Numbered from the stretch's first letter, positions 1 to 14,800 are shown. The stretch is 64,000 nucleotides of DNA from Octopus sinensis (GCF_006345805.1 NC_043001.1:134850001-134914000), one strand, 5' to 3'. Program-made: numbers and translations. Notes: generated from the letters alone by a model not told the origin.

Positions 1-1580
1 GTACTTTATTTTATCAACCCTGGAGGGATAAAAGGCGAAGATGTTCTTGCCAGGATATGATCTCAGAATGTAAAAACCCAGAACTCATACTGTAAGGTAT
101 TTTTTCTGATGCTCAAATTCTATCAACCTACCATTTAAAAAAATTATTTCTAACAGAGGTGCAAGGCCTGAAGTTTTGTGAGAGGAGGTTAGTCTAATAT
201 TGTGCCTGCACCCAGTACTTCAACCATACTTTCTTGAAGTACAAGGGTTAAAGTTAACTGAACATCTTCCCACAGATTTCTAGCCTTGTGCCTATGCTAG
301 AAAGTCACAGGTTTTGCTGGAACTCCTGGTGTCTTGCATGTGTTGCAGGTTTGCTACCTGCAGTCTACGGTACCATGATATCCGTTCTTTTCAGCTATCT
401 AATACTTTCCTGGTTATTCTGGCCTTTATCATTATCATTATTATTATCATTAATAATAATAATAATAATAATAATGATATTAATAATAATAATAGTGATA
501 ATAATAACAACAATTCATAATAGTTTAATACAATTCTAAATTTAGAATTAACTTCCTTTTAATTTTAACTTGTATGTATGTATAAATGATGTATATTCAT
601 TGAGGCAAACAGACAAGAACATTTGATTTAGAGTAATTAATTTATTTCTCTATTATGTAACTCCCCACTCTATTAAATTACCAATGATATTCAATTTGCT
701 GAGTCCAAAACTCTTGTTAGAAATTTATTTTTGGTCTTAGTTATTTTAATAATCTTTCTTCAAATATCTTGCTTTAAACAAAATACAGTTATTTATTAGC
801 TATCAAAGAATCTGATGGATTCTATCAAAATACTAACAAAACATTCTTCTACATTATAAGCTCAATTTTTTTTTTCTGTAGAACTTCTATGAAATCTAAC
901 CACACATATATAATAAAGTTATATTTTCTATAGTGAGAAATTCATAAACAGAAGCGATTCATTTTCTAAGTAGTCCAATGTCTGTAGGGAAAAACTTCAT
1001 CTATAATTATAACGTTGTGTAGCCTGAGTGTTTCCAAGAAAATCTTTGCAGAGAATGCAATGCAAGTATAGCGAAGCTTGCCTAAGTTAATTAAAGTATA
1101 TAAATGTATCATTTGTGAATAGATGACATTAGATTCATCAAGCAAAGTATAAATTAGGAATTGAAGAAGAATGTGAAAAATATTTAAAGATTTAGAGGCA
1201 GAGTTGCATCTAAAGCATTTGTGTGTTTGCATTACCGACTTTCTGAAAGAACTGATAATGACACGAAGAACAGCTAGTAAGATGGCAATAGCCATTCATA
1301 AGCTTTAAGACAGATAGGAGAAACATTTCTGTTATTTTAAGACAAGTAATATAACAAACAAAACATAAAAACTAAAATATCACACACAGATATAACTGAA
1401 CAATATCTATAACAAGACACAGAAGTAAAATAGATGTTTAGGCAGAGAGAGTATAAAGAGATGAAGTTTAGCAGCAGAAGAGTAAATATAACTTATAAAC
1501 AATAAACAATTTCTAAGTACAATAACAACAACAATAAAACCAACCATCATTCTTTTATTATTTAATATTAAATTAATCAC

Positions 1581-1739
1581 CTGGCTTAGGCAAAGTAATT
1601 TTTTTCCAGCTACTTGCTGCTTGGCGTTCACCACTTTTAGCAACAACTCTAAATTCATACCATATTCCGGCAGATAAGTTGGATATATTCTGCCAGCGAT
1701 TCAACATCTGACCAGGAGTGCTTTTCAGATTGCTTTCAC
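1581..1739 (-). CDS. Nrg: Neuroglian exon, FNIII-5 C-half (GESNLK...[17 protein letters not shown]...ITLPKP)
   Basis: 159 nt, phase 1 to 1; LxxGxxYEFRV motif. Confidence 0.92.
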
Positions 1740-2125
1740 CTTTCATAGAAAATAAAAAAAGAGATTTTTGTTTTGAAAGTAAAATTCAATATGCATGTAT
1801 ATTTATGCTCACATTACTGCAGTGCATTGTGATAAATTAACTTTGAAAGCAATCATTATGAATGTTCAGCATATATTTTGCTTAACTATTATTTTTTGCA
1901 TATTTATAATTAAAAAAAAGTTTATTAAAAAGGGGTGCCATTAAGTGGGAGATTATTAAGTGAGACATAACCATATGTGTATATGTAGAAATATGTACAC
2001 ATGCACACAAAACAAAGGGCTACATCAAGGTGGTGAGACACTGTGCTGGAGAAGATTCATTCAACTTATGAATGAAAGTGTAGAAAAGTTCAGATGTAAA
2101 AGAAGGATAATTATGATGTATACGT

Positions 2126-2161
<36 letters not shown>

Positions 2162-2162
2162 A

Positions 2163-2224
<62 letters not shown>

Positions 2225-5200
2225 GTTAAGATATCAAACAGATAAATAAGAATTTAGAGTAAGTTAATGAATCAACATGAAGTAGATTAAATAAATGGTC
2301 CAGACATACCAAGTTTTCTATATTCGACAACGTGCATCAAGCCAACATGTTGATTGGTTTTGTTGTAATCAATTTTCCAAGATACATTTAATGAATTATT
2401 TCCCATTGGTATCATGTTCCAGTCAGGAACAATTGGCACTAGAAAATACATAAATAATAATAATAATAATAATAATAATGGAAAAAAAACAGCAACAACA
2501 ACAACAACAATAATAACAAGAGTAATATTTTCAAATCTTAGTACAAGACCAGCAATTTTGTCGGAGGATGTAAGTCAATTACATTAACCTTTTGATTTGT
2601 GCCTCTATACACTTACTTCCTGCATCTGTGGTCCAGACATCAATATAATATGGTTCTCCTTCACCAGCAGTGGTCATTGCTTGAATCTGTATCCGATAGT
2701 TTGTACTGGCTTCCAAACCACGTAGTATATACTCTGTCATTGTTGGATCAGTAGTTGGTTCATCTTCATATTTTACTGGAGATACTTTCAAACCATTAAC
2801 TGCAGAAGACATTTTAAGGCAATATATCACTTAAGTACTTTCTCTGACACAATTAAAAATTTTGATAATTATAAATTTAATTTCATTGAATGAAAATATT
2901 TTACACATAACTTTTATATATAAGAAAACTTACTCTTTTGGAATCCAATATTATAGCCAATTAACACACCATTCCTTTCTTCTGGGGGTTCCCACTTTAA
3001 GTGGAAGTGACCAGATCCTCTAACTAAGGCCATAAAAGAATGAACTTTGCCAGGAGCTGTATAAAGAAAACAATAGGAGAGTAACAAATATATAAAATAT
3101 CTTCATTGTAATTATAAATTCATTTTGAACTGATAAAAGAACAGTTTTGCAAGAGATTCCTCCTTAGTCTATTATTAGAAGTTATTTTATTGACCATATA
3201 ATGATGAAAGATAGGGTAGTATCAACAGATTTTTGTGTAGTATCTGCAACTAAGGGAAGACTAATACCTCAGATAACAAAATCTCAGAAAAAATAATAGC
3301 AAAGGATATGCCTCTGGGCATTATTAGACTATGCAAAAATGCAAATATTTCACTAAAATGGGGATATTATCAACCATTTCCAGCATTTTTCTCAAAATGA
3401 CATTTCTGATTATGAGTAGCAATCTATAGGTCACAATATCTCTGAGAATAATTGATATAATAGGCTGAAAATTTGCACATGTATTACTTTGATACTTGCC
3501 TAGATGCTGTTTTAGTGTGATTAGATACACGTCATTTGTTCATCTTTCAGAGACACTTGAATGCTACTATCCAGGGACAAAAACGCTTGAACTGCTGCAT
3601 ATGGCTATGAGCAGCCCCACAACGAAATCTAGGCCATCTTCATCAATGTCTTTGATTCAGCATCTAGTATGTACCCCAATCTGTTGGCATTCCAAGTTAG
3701 AGCATATTATCTTTGATAGTTTGGTAGAAAACTTTCTTAAAATAAGAGTATGTTTGCCTTATCGGTCATTTTGAATTTATAATTAGGTCATGAATAGATA
3801 ATGTGGAAACTTGAATATTATGATTTTTGATAGAACTAATGTTGTTCTTTATGTCTGCTATATTTGGTTTGCCTGGGCTTTATTCCCACTGAGTGAGAGC
3901 CTCTTCAATTTAGGAGTGTTTTCTTATGTCTGAGGTGTTAGTCTTGCCTTAACTTTAGTATCTCTGATTAGCTTTTAGAGTAGTATCCATAATCTTGTAC
4001 AGTAGTATCTATTGTGAGGTGGTAGTTTGCAATCTACATCCTACGGATGCAAACGTTTATTTTAATGATTGAAGAACAGATAGATTTATACAAAAAAATT
4101 GAATACATTGAAAGTATAACTCTCTACCATTTATTGTTAACTATCCACATCAGTGGTTCTACACTTGTGGGTTGCAAGGACAAAATCTTACTCTGATAAA
4201 ATTTAAAATGTTCATGAATTATGTTACACAATAAGCCATAGGAAGAATGTGGACCATATCTCAATAATTACCAAAAACAAAAATGAAGAACATTTCTCCA
4301 AGAAAATGATCAAATGTGAAATGTACTTATTAGAATATATTGAACAAAAATGCTGCAGATGTAAAAGTTCTGAAATCTCTGATCTATATCTGATCATCAT
4401 CATTAATAATTATTATTAGGAGAAATTATCATGAGTTTGATATGCACTTTTCCATGCTTGGATGGAATTTTGTTGAGGCATATTTTCTACAGATGGATGG
4501 CCTTCATGTCACTCACCTCCATCTATTTCTAGGCAAACTAATATTTCTCACAAAAAGACATTTCCTTGGAAGATTGGAAATGAAGGACATCACTCGCATC
4601 ATGATGGTGAAACTTGTTTACAACTATTACATGATGTCAAGGTAAGAAGACAGTAACACACATGCACTGTGGCTTCTTTCAGTTTTCACTCATGAAGCTT
4701 TGATTGACTCATAGTTATAATAGAAGACACTTGCCCAATGCGTCACACAGTGGCACCTTGGATTAGGAAGCAAACTTTTTACCATACAGCCACACCTGAT
4801 TATATTCTCAAAATACTTTATGCTACGTAGTTATGGAAAGGATGATAAAATAACTTGATATTGATAAATTTAAATTTAACTTGAGATGTTTAATATATCA
4901 GGTATTACAAACTCTGCTTATAAAATTTATATTAAGCAAAGCAGAGTTTCAATATATTTTCAATCAACTTAATTTAACTGACCTCCCTCAGGTGTCTGGA
5001 CATCAATGACATTGCTCTCGGGGCCTTCATAATATGTGTTGCGTGCTACCACTGACAAGCTAAAGTTTGAATAAGCAGGGAGCATCACATTGGCTTTCAC
5101 TTTAGATGATGTTCTACGATGTCGACTTCTCCGTGTTGAACGCCGATTGTGTGTATTTTCAGAAACATCAATTTTCTTTAAAGTTGTTTCTTTCTCACCA

Positions 5201-8200
5201 GGTTTCCAGAAAAGAATCTAGAATCAAAACAAAATTTAATAAATGTATTGTAATGCTTCTATTAGAATATCAATATCTAAGCTATTAATAAACCGTTACA
5301 GTTATTTCATTCATTTGACATTCATTTTTCCATGCTAGTATGGATAGGAATTGATTTTGAGGCAGTATTTTACAACTGAATGCTCTTCTTGTTGCAAACT
5401 TTCACCAGGTTTTTGGGTAAGGGGTTTTTATATTCCATAGTTGTTTGAAAGTGCCGAGCAACTGATTGTAATGTTATCAACAAGGAATTTCAACATCAGC
5501 ATCATTTTGCTCACATGATGTTAAGCAAAATATTAGCTTTCACTTCCATAAGCCATCCCACCACAAAAAACAGACTTACTACAGTTTCTGTTTACAAAAT
5601 CCATTCGCAAGACATTGGTCAGCTTGAGGCTATAGCAGAGGATACTTGCCCAATGTGTTATGCAGTATGACCGATGGAGGCGCAATGGCCCAGTGGTTAG
5701 AGCAGCGGACTCGCGGTCGTAGGATCGCGGTTTCGATTCCCAGACCGGGCGTTGTGAGTGTTTATTGAGCGAAAACACCTAAAACTCCACGAGGCTCCAA
5801 CAGGGATGGTGGTGATCCCTGCTGTATTCTTTCACCACAACTTTCTCTCACTCTTACTTCCTGTTTCTGTTGTACCTGTATTTCAAAGGGCCAGCCTTGT
5901 CACGCTGAATATCCCCGAGAACTACGTTAAGGTTACACGTGTCTGTGGAGTGCTCTGCCACTTACACGTTGATTTCACGAGCAGGCTGTTCCGTTGATCG
6001 GATCAACCGGAACCCTCGTCGTTGTAACCGATGGAGTTCTTCATGACCGATCCAGACCACAAGGTTAAGAAATGAACTTCTTACCCCCACAGCCATGCTT
6101 GTGCCTTTAGAATAAAATATTCAGTTTAAACTGAAAGTGTAACGGTTTGTAAGTACTTTAAGAAATAATCCCCACCCCCCCTCTTTTGTTATACAGTCAC
6201 ATTTCATTCATGGGATTTCTCATTATGTGAATTTATGAAAAATCCCATGAATGGAATGAGACTGTTTTCCCAAATGGAGGTTAACACCTTTTTCCATGTG
6301 ATCGGCTTGAAAAATTGTTAAGCCACTAGGATATTTTCCTACTCTTCTTAACATGAAACGGTTTGACTGGAGACTGGCAAAGTTTCTACAGCTGGATGCC
6401 CTTCCTAACGCCAACCACTCTGAGAGTGTAGTGGGTGTTTTTTACATGCTACTGGTGCGGGAGCCAGTCAAGTGGCACTGGTATGAACCACATTTGGATG
6501 GTGCTTTTTACGTGTCACTGGCACGGGGAGCCAGTCAGGCAGCTCTGGTAGTGACCCAAGCATGAATGAATGGTGCTTATCGCAGGCCACCAGGACTGGT
6601 TATGGCCACAACTACAATTTCCTTACCTCCCTGGCAGTTGATGGAGTCAGGATTTGTGATTTGTTTACCTTCCTACTTACTAAGACTTTGGTTTTTGCTA
6701 GGTTAACTCTTTCGATTGTAGACCTTGCTTCCATACCTGAAACTTCTCTAGTTCTGGTAGTGATTCAGCTATAAGAACAAGGTCATTAGCATGGAGGAGC
6801 TCCCAAGGGCTGCCTGTCTTAAATTCCTCTGTTATTACCTGGAGGACTATGACGAGCAAGAGTTGGTTGAGGACCGATCCTTGATGAACCCCTACATGTA
6901 CCTTGAATTCTTTGCTGTACTTGTTGCTAACCTACACCTTACTGGTAGCATCTCTCTACATGGCTTGTACAGCTCTTACCAACCAATCATTTATCTCTAG
7001 TTTCTGCATTGAGCACCAGATAAGGGACTGGGGGACCCTGACAAAGGCTTTCTCCAAGTCAACAAAAGCCAAGTACAGAGGTTTATCTTTGGTATTTCTC
7101 TTGCAGCTGCCTTACCAGAAATATAGCATCAGTGGTGCTTCTCCCTGACACAAAACCAAACTGCATCTCATCTAGACTAACTCTCTCCCTAATTAATTGC
7201 CCCACCCTCTCTCTCTATATATATAGAACAAACAGTAAGCGATTACCATCATGAAATGATGATCACACACGAAATTCAATTTATAAATAATGATGTCTAA
7301 GTAAATGTCTATAAAATTACTATATTGATATATATATATACTTACTCTGTAACCTTTGAAAACACCTCTCATTTTCTCTTTATCAGTATTAACTGGGTCC
7401 CATCGGAATCTTGCAGATGTAGCTGTCATTTCATGGTCGGGATCTACTTCAAAGTTGCCAGGTACTTCCAGTGGAGCTATAAAATAAAATTTAAATGCTT
7501 AATGCAGGTCATATTGGGTATATGTAAGTGTTCTAAGTATCAAGTAATTAACTTAAAAAAAAAGGAACAAACCTTTTAATTAAAGAATGAATATTGAATT
7601 CATTTTAAGAGTTAAATTTAAAAGAAACAATAGAAATATACAAAAGTTATTGAATGAGCAAAAGAAGAGTTTCTTTATTTAAAACATTAATTCTATAAAA
7701 TACTAATATTTGTTTTGCATTTATCTTTAAAACTTATATATAGAGAATACCAAATGAGTTCCCTGTGGATACCGTATTCATTACAACTCATGGCTTGTAA
7801 TAAATACGATATCCATAGAGAATGAGTTTGGTATTTTATTTATTACACACGAATAAACGACCATATTTTATTAACCCAATAACTAAATTCTTCACACCGT
7901 GTTGAAGCACGCATGAATACAGCTTGATTTCACGTCAGTGACATCACAATGTGTAACTGTAAAAGATGTCATGCCGCAGGAAGATAGTCCGACTTTATAG
8001 CGCTAAGTTTTCAGGTGAAATGACTGATAACTGATGACTGTTTAACATTTTGTTAACATTCAAGTTCACGTTCAAGAAATACATAACACAGATTGAAAGT
8101 TTAGTTGTAACTTATGAATGACAAAAGTAGTGCCGTCACCGTGACCTCGGGTCATCATCATGGATTGACCAATCAGAAGCAGCGCTCGCAGTATCTGACA

Positions 8201-11200
8201 TATGTTAGATACCAAAAATATCTCAAAGTGTTCTCACTCACATGTGTGTAATAAAGAGTACTCTTAGGAATTCTGTCTTCTTTGCTTTAGCTTCAAGAAC
8301 TCTGTGTGTGTGTATAAAATATTGGCAAAGTTTACTTACCATCTTCTCCAGAATATCCTTCGATTTCTTCAAGTTCATTTTTTGCATAACCTTTATCATT
8401 CTTTGCAGCGACAGTAATTGTGTATGGTTCATATGTGGTATTGGTTCTGATTTCTTTCTTAGCTTCTTCATTGCCATCAACAGTATAAGTTTCAACCTTA
8501 TCATCCTTCTCAATTTTGACCTCATAATAAAATCCAGGCCCATTAAACTGCAGAGGTGACATCGGCTTTAAAAACAAACAAATAAATAAGATTACTTAAA
8601 TGTATGAATTACCTGATGTAATAATTATAATCATAAAAAATACAAGTAAAGTAAAGTGATTGAAAAATATAAATAACTAGCAGTATCGCCGGGCGTTGCT
8701 CGGGTTTGTAAGGAAAATAACTATATAAGCATTTTTGGAGATGTAAAGTATAATAGCCATCTCAATATGGCTAATCACAAAGGGGGGGTGTTACTGTAGC
8801 TTTTTACGTTCTGAGATTTAATAATACATTTTTAGAGAGTTACTTCCCTTATAAACCAAGTGAAAATGCATTAAAAATACGGAAAAATTATTAAAATTTT
8901 TTTTTAAAATCGTAGACTCATGCTAATACCCAGAAGGGCTTGATATGAATCACGACTATAAGATACTCAGTTTTGGTTAAATTGCACCACAAAATGTGGG
9001 AGTAGTTAGGAATCTAAATCGGAGTAGACAGACACACAACCTTTCTTTTATATATAAAGATATCTTAAGTTAAGCAGTCATTTTTCACTTAGATTAAAAG
9101 AACTTGTTATTTGTAAAAAGTGAAAATAATCAAAATATTACTATTGATAGATATTTTACAAATCATGAGCAAATGAAAGACAAAATTGACCTCCAACTGT
9201 ATCTAGATTCAGAATTATGCAGCTAGAACAACAATGACATACTCTTTTAAGTTTAGATGATACTGAGGTATATTCTCTATTGCAAACATTTGAGTCAGAC
9301 ATACACAAAGAAAATCTCCTTGATACCATAAGAATGTTTCCTATTTATCCCAAACACGATCTATATATTTCCTGATATTATGTTGATATAACTAAATCTG
9401 TTACTGTCCATCAGTTAACCCAGTCACAAGGCATTTGTCAATCTGAGGCAACGGTAGAAGACTTCAGTGCAGGTGTCAAACCTGGAACCACATGGATGCA
9501 AAGTGAACTTTTTTAATATAGCCATACCAGCATAAGTGCTTTTGTTGGTTTGCAACATTAAACGCTACACATATCTGTGAAAATACTTCAGTATATATTT
9601 GCCAAATAAATGTGGCGGTGGCAAATATATTTTACGATTCCGTATTGTTACTGTTTACCTCTCGTTCAGATATTTAACATAGCTTACTTCAGTATATTCT
9701 TCAATAAATCATTATATGAATATGATGTTCTCAATGAAGAAGTAATTATATATTATTCCCTGACTTACTACATGAATATAGCTTTTTTCTTATTTATTAA
9801 GTTTGGAGAAAGGGGCAGTGCCCATGGCTCTTATAGACCAGCCAAGATCAGTGACATTGACGGTGCTTCTGTTCAATTCTGCCTAAACTGTTGCAATTCA
9901 ATGACTGCAAGAAAGGCGTGCAGAAAGGAAATTCCAGGGAGGAATGAAATAAGAAAAGCAGCCAGTGTGGGACTTGGTAAATTAGACACAACATATGTAA
10001 TAAGAGAAGAAATAAATCAGGAGGGCCTGAGTGGAGGTGTCTCAAATTCTAGGACTCAGAGAAGATACCTTTTCCTCAATCCTTTCCCCGTAGAATTTGT
10101 ATCTCTTTGTTACCCATCTTCCCAACTTTACATGTCTGGAATGTCTAGGAGGCCTGAATGGAGTATGGGCACTGCCTCTTACTTTGAACTAATTAGCTAA
10201 AACATTTTGATAATTACCAAAACATTACAGTGGTGGATTATGACAATGATCATAATGATGATGACAGTAGTTGTTAGTGTGATAAGAAAGTGAATCTTCT
10301 TTTCTTCCAAACATGACAGGTGAAGTGTATTTAACCCTTTAGTATTTAAACCTGTTTTATGTTCAAACTGACCAGATCCAGGCTCTCACACCTACCCTAC
10401 AATGTTATTCTACATTAAGTAATTACATCATCAAGATCTTGAAGATATGAGATAATGCATGATTAATTCAAATCAATGGGAATCAATAGGCATTATGTTT
10501 GATAGAATAATCTGAACACTAAAGGGTTAATGAGAAAAAGAAAACTTTGAAATGTTACTTACGTCCCAGACCACAACTAAGTAGTCCTTCTTGTTGATTA
10601 AGGTCCTCACATTTCTGGGATGGAATGGTGGGAAATCAGCAGCAGTTGAACACACATTATCTGCAGGTTCACTAGGTGCCCCGGTTCCTAATTCATTTAC
10701 ACCCTTTACTCGGAAGGTAAAGTTTGACCAAGATGTCAATTCTGTTTCCCACTTTTCAACTTTGTCATCTGTCTTGCCCTTCTCATACCAAGCATCATCA
10801 AAAGAAGTTTTGAACTCAATGATGTAATGAGTAATAGGTGAATAATTATCTTTTCCTTCTTTCCAAGCAATAGTGGCACTTTCGGGTTCACAATCAACCT
10901 TAACATCTATAGGAGGGTCTGGGGGTCCTAAAATATAAGACAGGTTGTCATAATTATTATTTGTTGAAAATACACACACACACACACACACACACATGTA
11001 CATATATATATCTATTAATTTCAAATTTTGGTGGAGGAGGTAAGTCGATTACATTGACTCCAACACTCAACTGATACTTATTTTATCATATCAAAAAGAT
11101 GAAAGACAAAGTAGACGGGTGGTATTTGAACCCCGAATTTTAAGGTGGACAAAATGCAGCTAAACATTTTGCCTAGTGCACTAACAATTCTACCAGCTCA

Positions 11201-11383
11201 CTGCTTTATTTATATATATATATATACATATATAAAATGAGATAGGGGTTGAAAATTCAACCCACCATGGGATAACATATATCCAACTATCTGATGGTTG
11301 ATGTTTGATTGATTTAAGTATGTTTCTCCATTTTCTAATTTTGTAGTATATATACATATATATATATACATATACATATATAT

Positions 11384-11459
<76 letters not shown>

Positions 11460-11579
11460 CATATATATATATACATATACATATAATATATATACATACA
11501 TATATATACATATACATATATATATATATACATACATATATATATACATACATATATATATTATATATATAATATATAC

Positions 11580-11626
<47 letters not shown>

Positions 11627-11756
11627 TATATAATATATATAATATATACATTATATATATATACTATATATATATATATATTATATATATATATACATAT
11701 ATATATATACATATACATATATATATACATACATATATATATACATATATATATAT

Positions 11757-11804
<48 letters not shown>

Positions 11805-14800
11805 ATAATATATATATGTATGTATATATATATATATATATGGCATGGCTGTGTGGTTAGGGAGCTTGCTTCCGAGCTACATGGTTTCGGGTTCAGTCCC
11901 ACTGCGTGGCACTCTGGGTAGGTGTCTTCCACTATAGCCCCGAGCCGACCGAAGCTTTGTGATTGAATTCGGTAGGTGGAAGTTACTGCCGTGTGTGTAC
12001 ATGTACGTGCTTGTGCCTCTCCCAAAGAGAGAGAGAGGAGAGGGATATTATATATATATATATATTTTTATGTCCTGTTATAATAAAAACAATTTTACGT
12101 TAATCTGATGGCTTACTCTACACTTTTCATAGAGTACAAATTTATAATTCTTAAACAAGAATTTTACTGACAGTGACTTTGAAGTTTCAGCCAGCTAAGC
12201 CATTGTCGGCCAATATGTTAGCTGGATGAAACTTTGAAGTCCCTGTCAATAATATATACACACACGTGTGTGTGTATGTGTGTGAGTCAGTATGTATGTA
12301 TATACATACATACACAATTAAGCATTGCTTAATTGTATTTAGTGAAGGCGCATGGCTCAGTGGTTAGAGTGTCGAGCTTACGATCGTGAGGTTGTGAGCT
12401 CAAATCCCGGACTGGGCTGGGTGTTGTGTTCTTGAGCAAGGCACTTTATTTCACGTTGCTCCAGTTCACTCAGCTGTAGAAATGAGTTGCGACGTCACTG
12501 GTGCCAAGCTGTATCGACCTTTGTCTTTCCCTTGGATAACACTGGTGGCGTGGAGAGGGAGGCTGGTATGCATGGGTGACTGCTGGTCTTCCATAAACAA
12601 CCTCGCCCGGACTTGTGTCTAGGAGGGTAACTTTCTAGGTGCAATCCCATGGTCATTCATGACCGAAGGGGGTCTTTACTCTTTTAATTGTATTTATATA
12701 CTTAATGAGTGGGTGGGGAGGGAAATTTAGTCTTAATGATATGGTTCATCCAATAATTACCATAAACATAAAACTAAACCTTAGTGTGGATATATCTTTT
12801 ATTCTTTTACTTGTTTCAGCCATGTTGGAACACTGCCTTGAAGGGTTTTAGTTGAATGAATTGGTCCCAGTACTTATTTTTTTTAAAGCCTGGTACTTAC
12901 TGGGACCCAAACAAATAATATCAGTTGTCAAGCAGTGTTGGGGGACAAACACAAAAGCACACACATGCATATTCATGTATGTGTGTGTGTGCATATATAG
13001 ACACACCCACACATATATACATATAGATACACACAAATATATGTGATGGGCTTCTTTCGGTCTCCATCTACCAAATCCTCTCACAAGGCTTTGGTTAGTC
13101 CAGGGCTATGAGAGAAGACACTTAACACTTGCCCAAGATGCCATGCAGTAGGACTTAACCCAGAACCATGTGGTTGGGTAGCAAACTTCTTACCTCACAG
13201 CTGTGCCTGCACCTATATATACACAGGGAGTTTATGTTCATAACAGAATTAAAAAAAAATTCAATTAAGGCTGTTGAGATTGGAATTGAAATATTGCTAG
13301 AATTAGTATTGCAAGTAGCCATTGCAAATGTTTACTTTGATGTTACATCATTAAAATATTATAATTGATTTCCAATAGCACAAAGATGATTTGAATACAT
13401 TACCTTTCACTTTTAACTCTGCTCCTTTTGTGGCATTATCTAAGCCATTGCTAGCCACACAAGTATAATTTCCAGAATCTTTGTTGGAAAGGTTAGAAAT
13501 AATCAGGTTGTTGCTTTCTTCATGCTTAATATTTGGGTCGTTAACATCAACAGGTACACTGTCTTTATACCAGGATATCTTCAAATTGTCAATTTCATAA
13601 GAGTCTGTAATTGCATAGCAGGTAAACAATGCTGTCTTTCCAACCATGACGACCATGTCATCAGGGCCCTCAACAATACTGGTGCGTTCTGAAAAGGTGA
13701 TAGAAATAAAATAAATACCATTTCATTTATCAGTTGTCTACATACTTGGCTCTACATAGCTAATTTTTGTTTTGAAAGTCTGGTACTTATTCTATTGGTC
13801 ACTTTTGTTGAACTGCTAAGTTGGGGATGTAAACAATGCTGAGTACCCTCATCACTTGTTCCTCTTACTATCAGTCATGCTTCTGCCATATCCTTTGAGC
13901 CTCTCTGTAAAACGGTTGGCAAGTGAGCAAACATGGGGGACAAGAGAATCCTTTAGTCATGTCATGGACAAGGGTATCTGTATAGTGCAGGTGCCAGGGA
14001 AAATTGCTCCCAGAAAACTTGGTAAAGTCTAAGGTTGAAAGGACCCTTTAGACTTGTAGGAGATAAGGCACTGCCTGAGTAATGGTACTGTGAAAGGAAG
14101 CACCCTGTATATTTTGTAAAGTGGTTTATATTAAAAAGGGCATCAAGTCATAGAAACCAAGTAAAATATGCAATTCACAAGTGATACTCATCACAGCTTG
14201 GTGAGAAGCACCTCCTAATATGATGTACTGATGCTTACTGTGGTGACCTATCTAGACCTTGCCAGTATGGAGAGTGGACATAAAATAATGATGATGATGA
14301 TGATGATGTAATGTTATACAAAATATAAACTTTTAAACTTGTTACATGGCCCTGTGGTTAGCAAACTCGCTTCACATTCATGTAGTTTTGGACTTGATTC
14401 AAATGCAAAGTGGCCAAATGTCCTCCGCCAGTTATGTAGTGATATCATACCATGGAAGAACTTGCTGTAGTCTTATCTACTGTCATTGCCATGTAGATAT
14501 GTCATACCATGGAGGAAATTCTCATAGTTTTATCTACCACTGATATGCAGAGGAACTTGTTTCAGTACATTCGGCTTAATGCAGTTAAGATAAACATTTT
14601 GCTCTCTCACTGAATATAATCCTTTCTACTAAAGGCAGAACACCTGAAATTCTGGGGGAGGGGACTAGTCAATTACATCAATCCCAGTGTTTCACTGGTA
14701 CTTAACGTATCAACTCTGAAAGGACGAAAGGCAAAGTTGACCTTGGTAGTATTTAAACTCAGAATGTAGCAACAGGCGAAATACTGCTTAGCATTTTACC

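Noticed and set aside
288-539. 83-aa and 68-aa ORFs with poly-Ile or poly-Asn
   Set aside because: Products of an (AAT)n microsatellite; no splice or homology support.
966-1295. Hydrophobic ORF MAIAILLAVLRVIISSF as the transmembrane exon
   Set aside because: An in-frame stop lies just upstream with no AG acceptor in between; it contains an Arg mid-stretch and does not resemble the L1 TM or juxtamembrane region.
3480-3780. Possible Tc1 transposase relic
   Set aside because: Only a weak, stop-ridden resemblance (ISLWGCS); not supportable by eye.
5675-5760. tRNA genes at SINE heads (tRNA-Arg-like)
   Set aside because: No complete cloverleaf or acceptor stem; each continues into a SINE body with TSDs.
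9610-10200. 196-aa plus-strand ORF
   Set aside because: No recognisable domain; spans a degenerate inverted-repeat element, antisense within an intron.
11190-12025. Several Tyr/Ile-rich ORFs
   Set aside because: Translations of a (TA)n/(CATA)n microsatellite.
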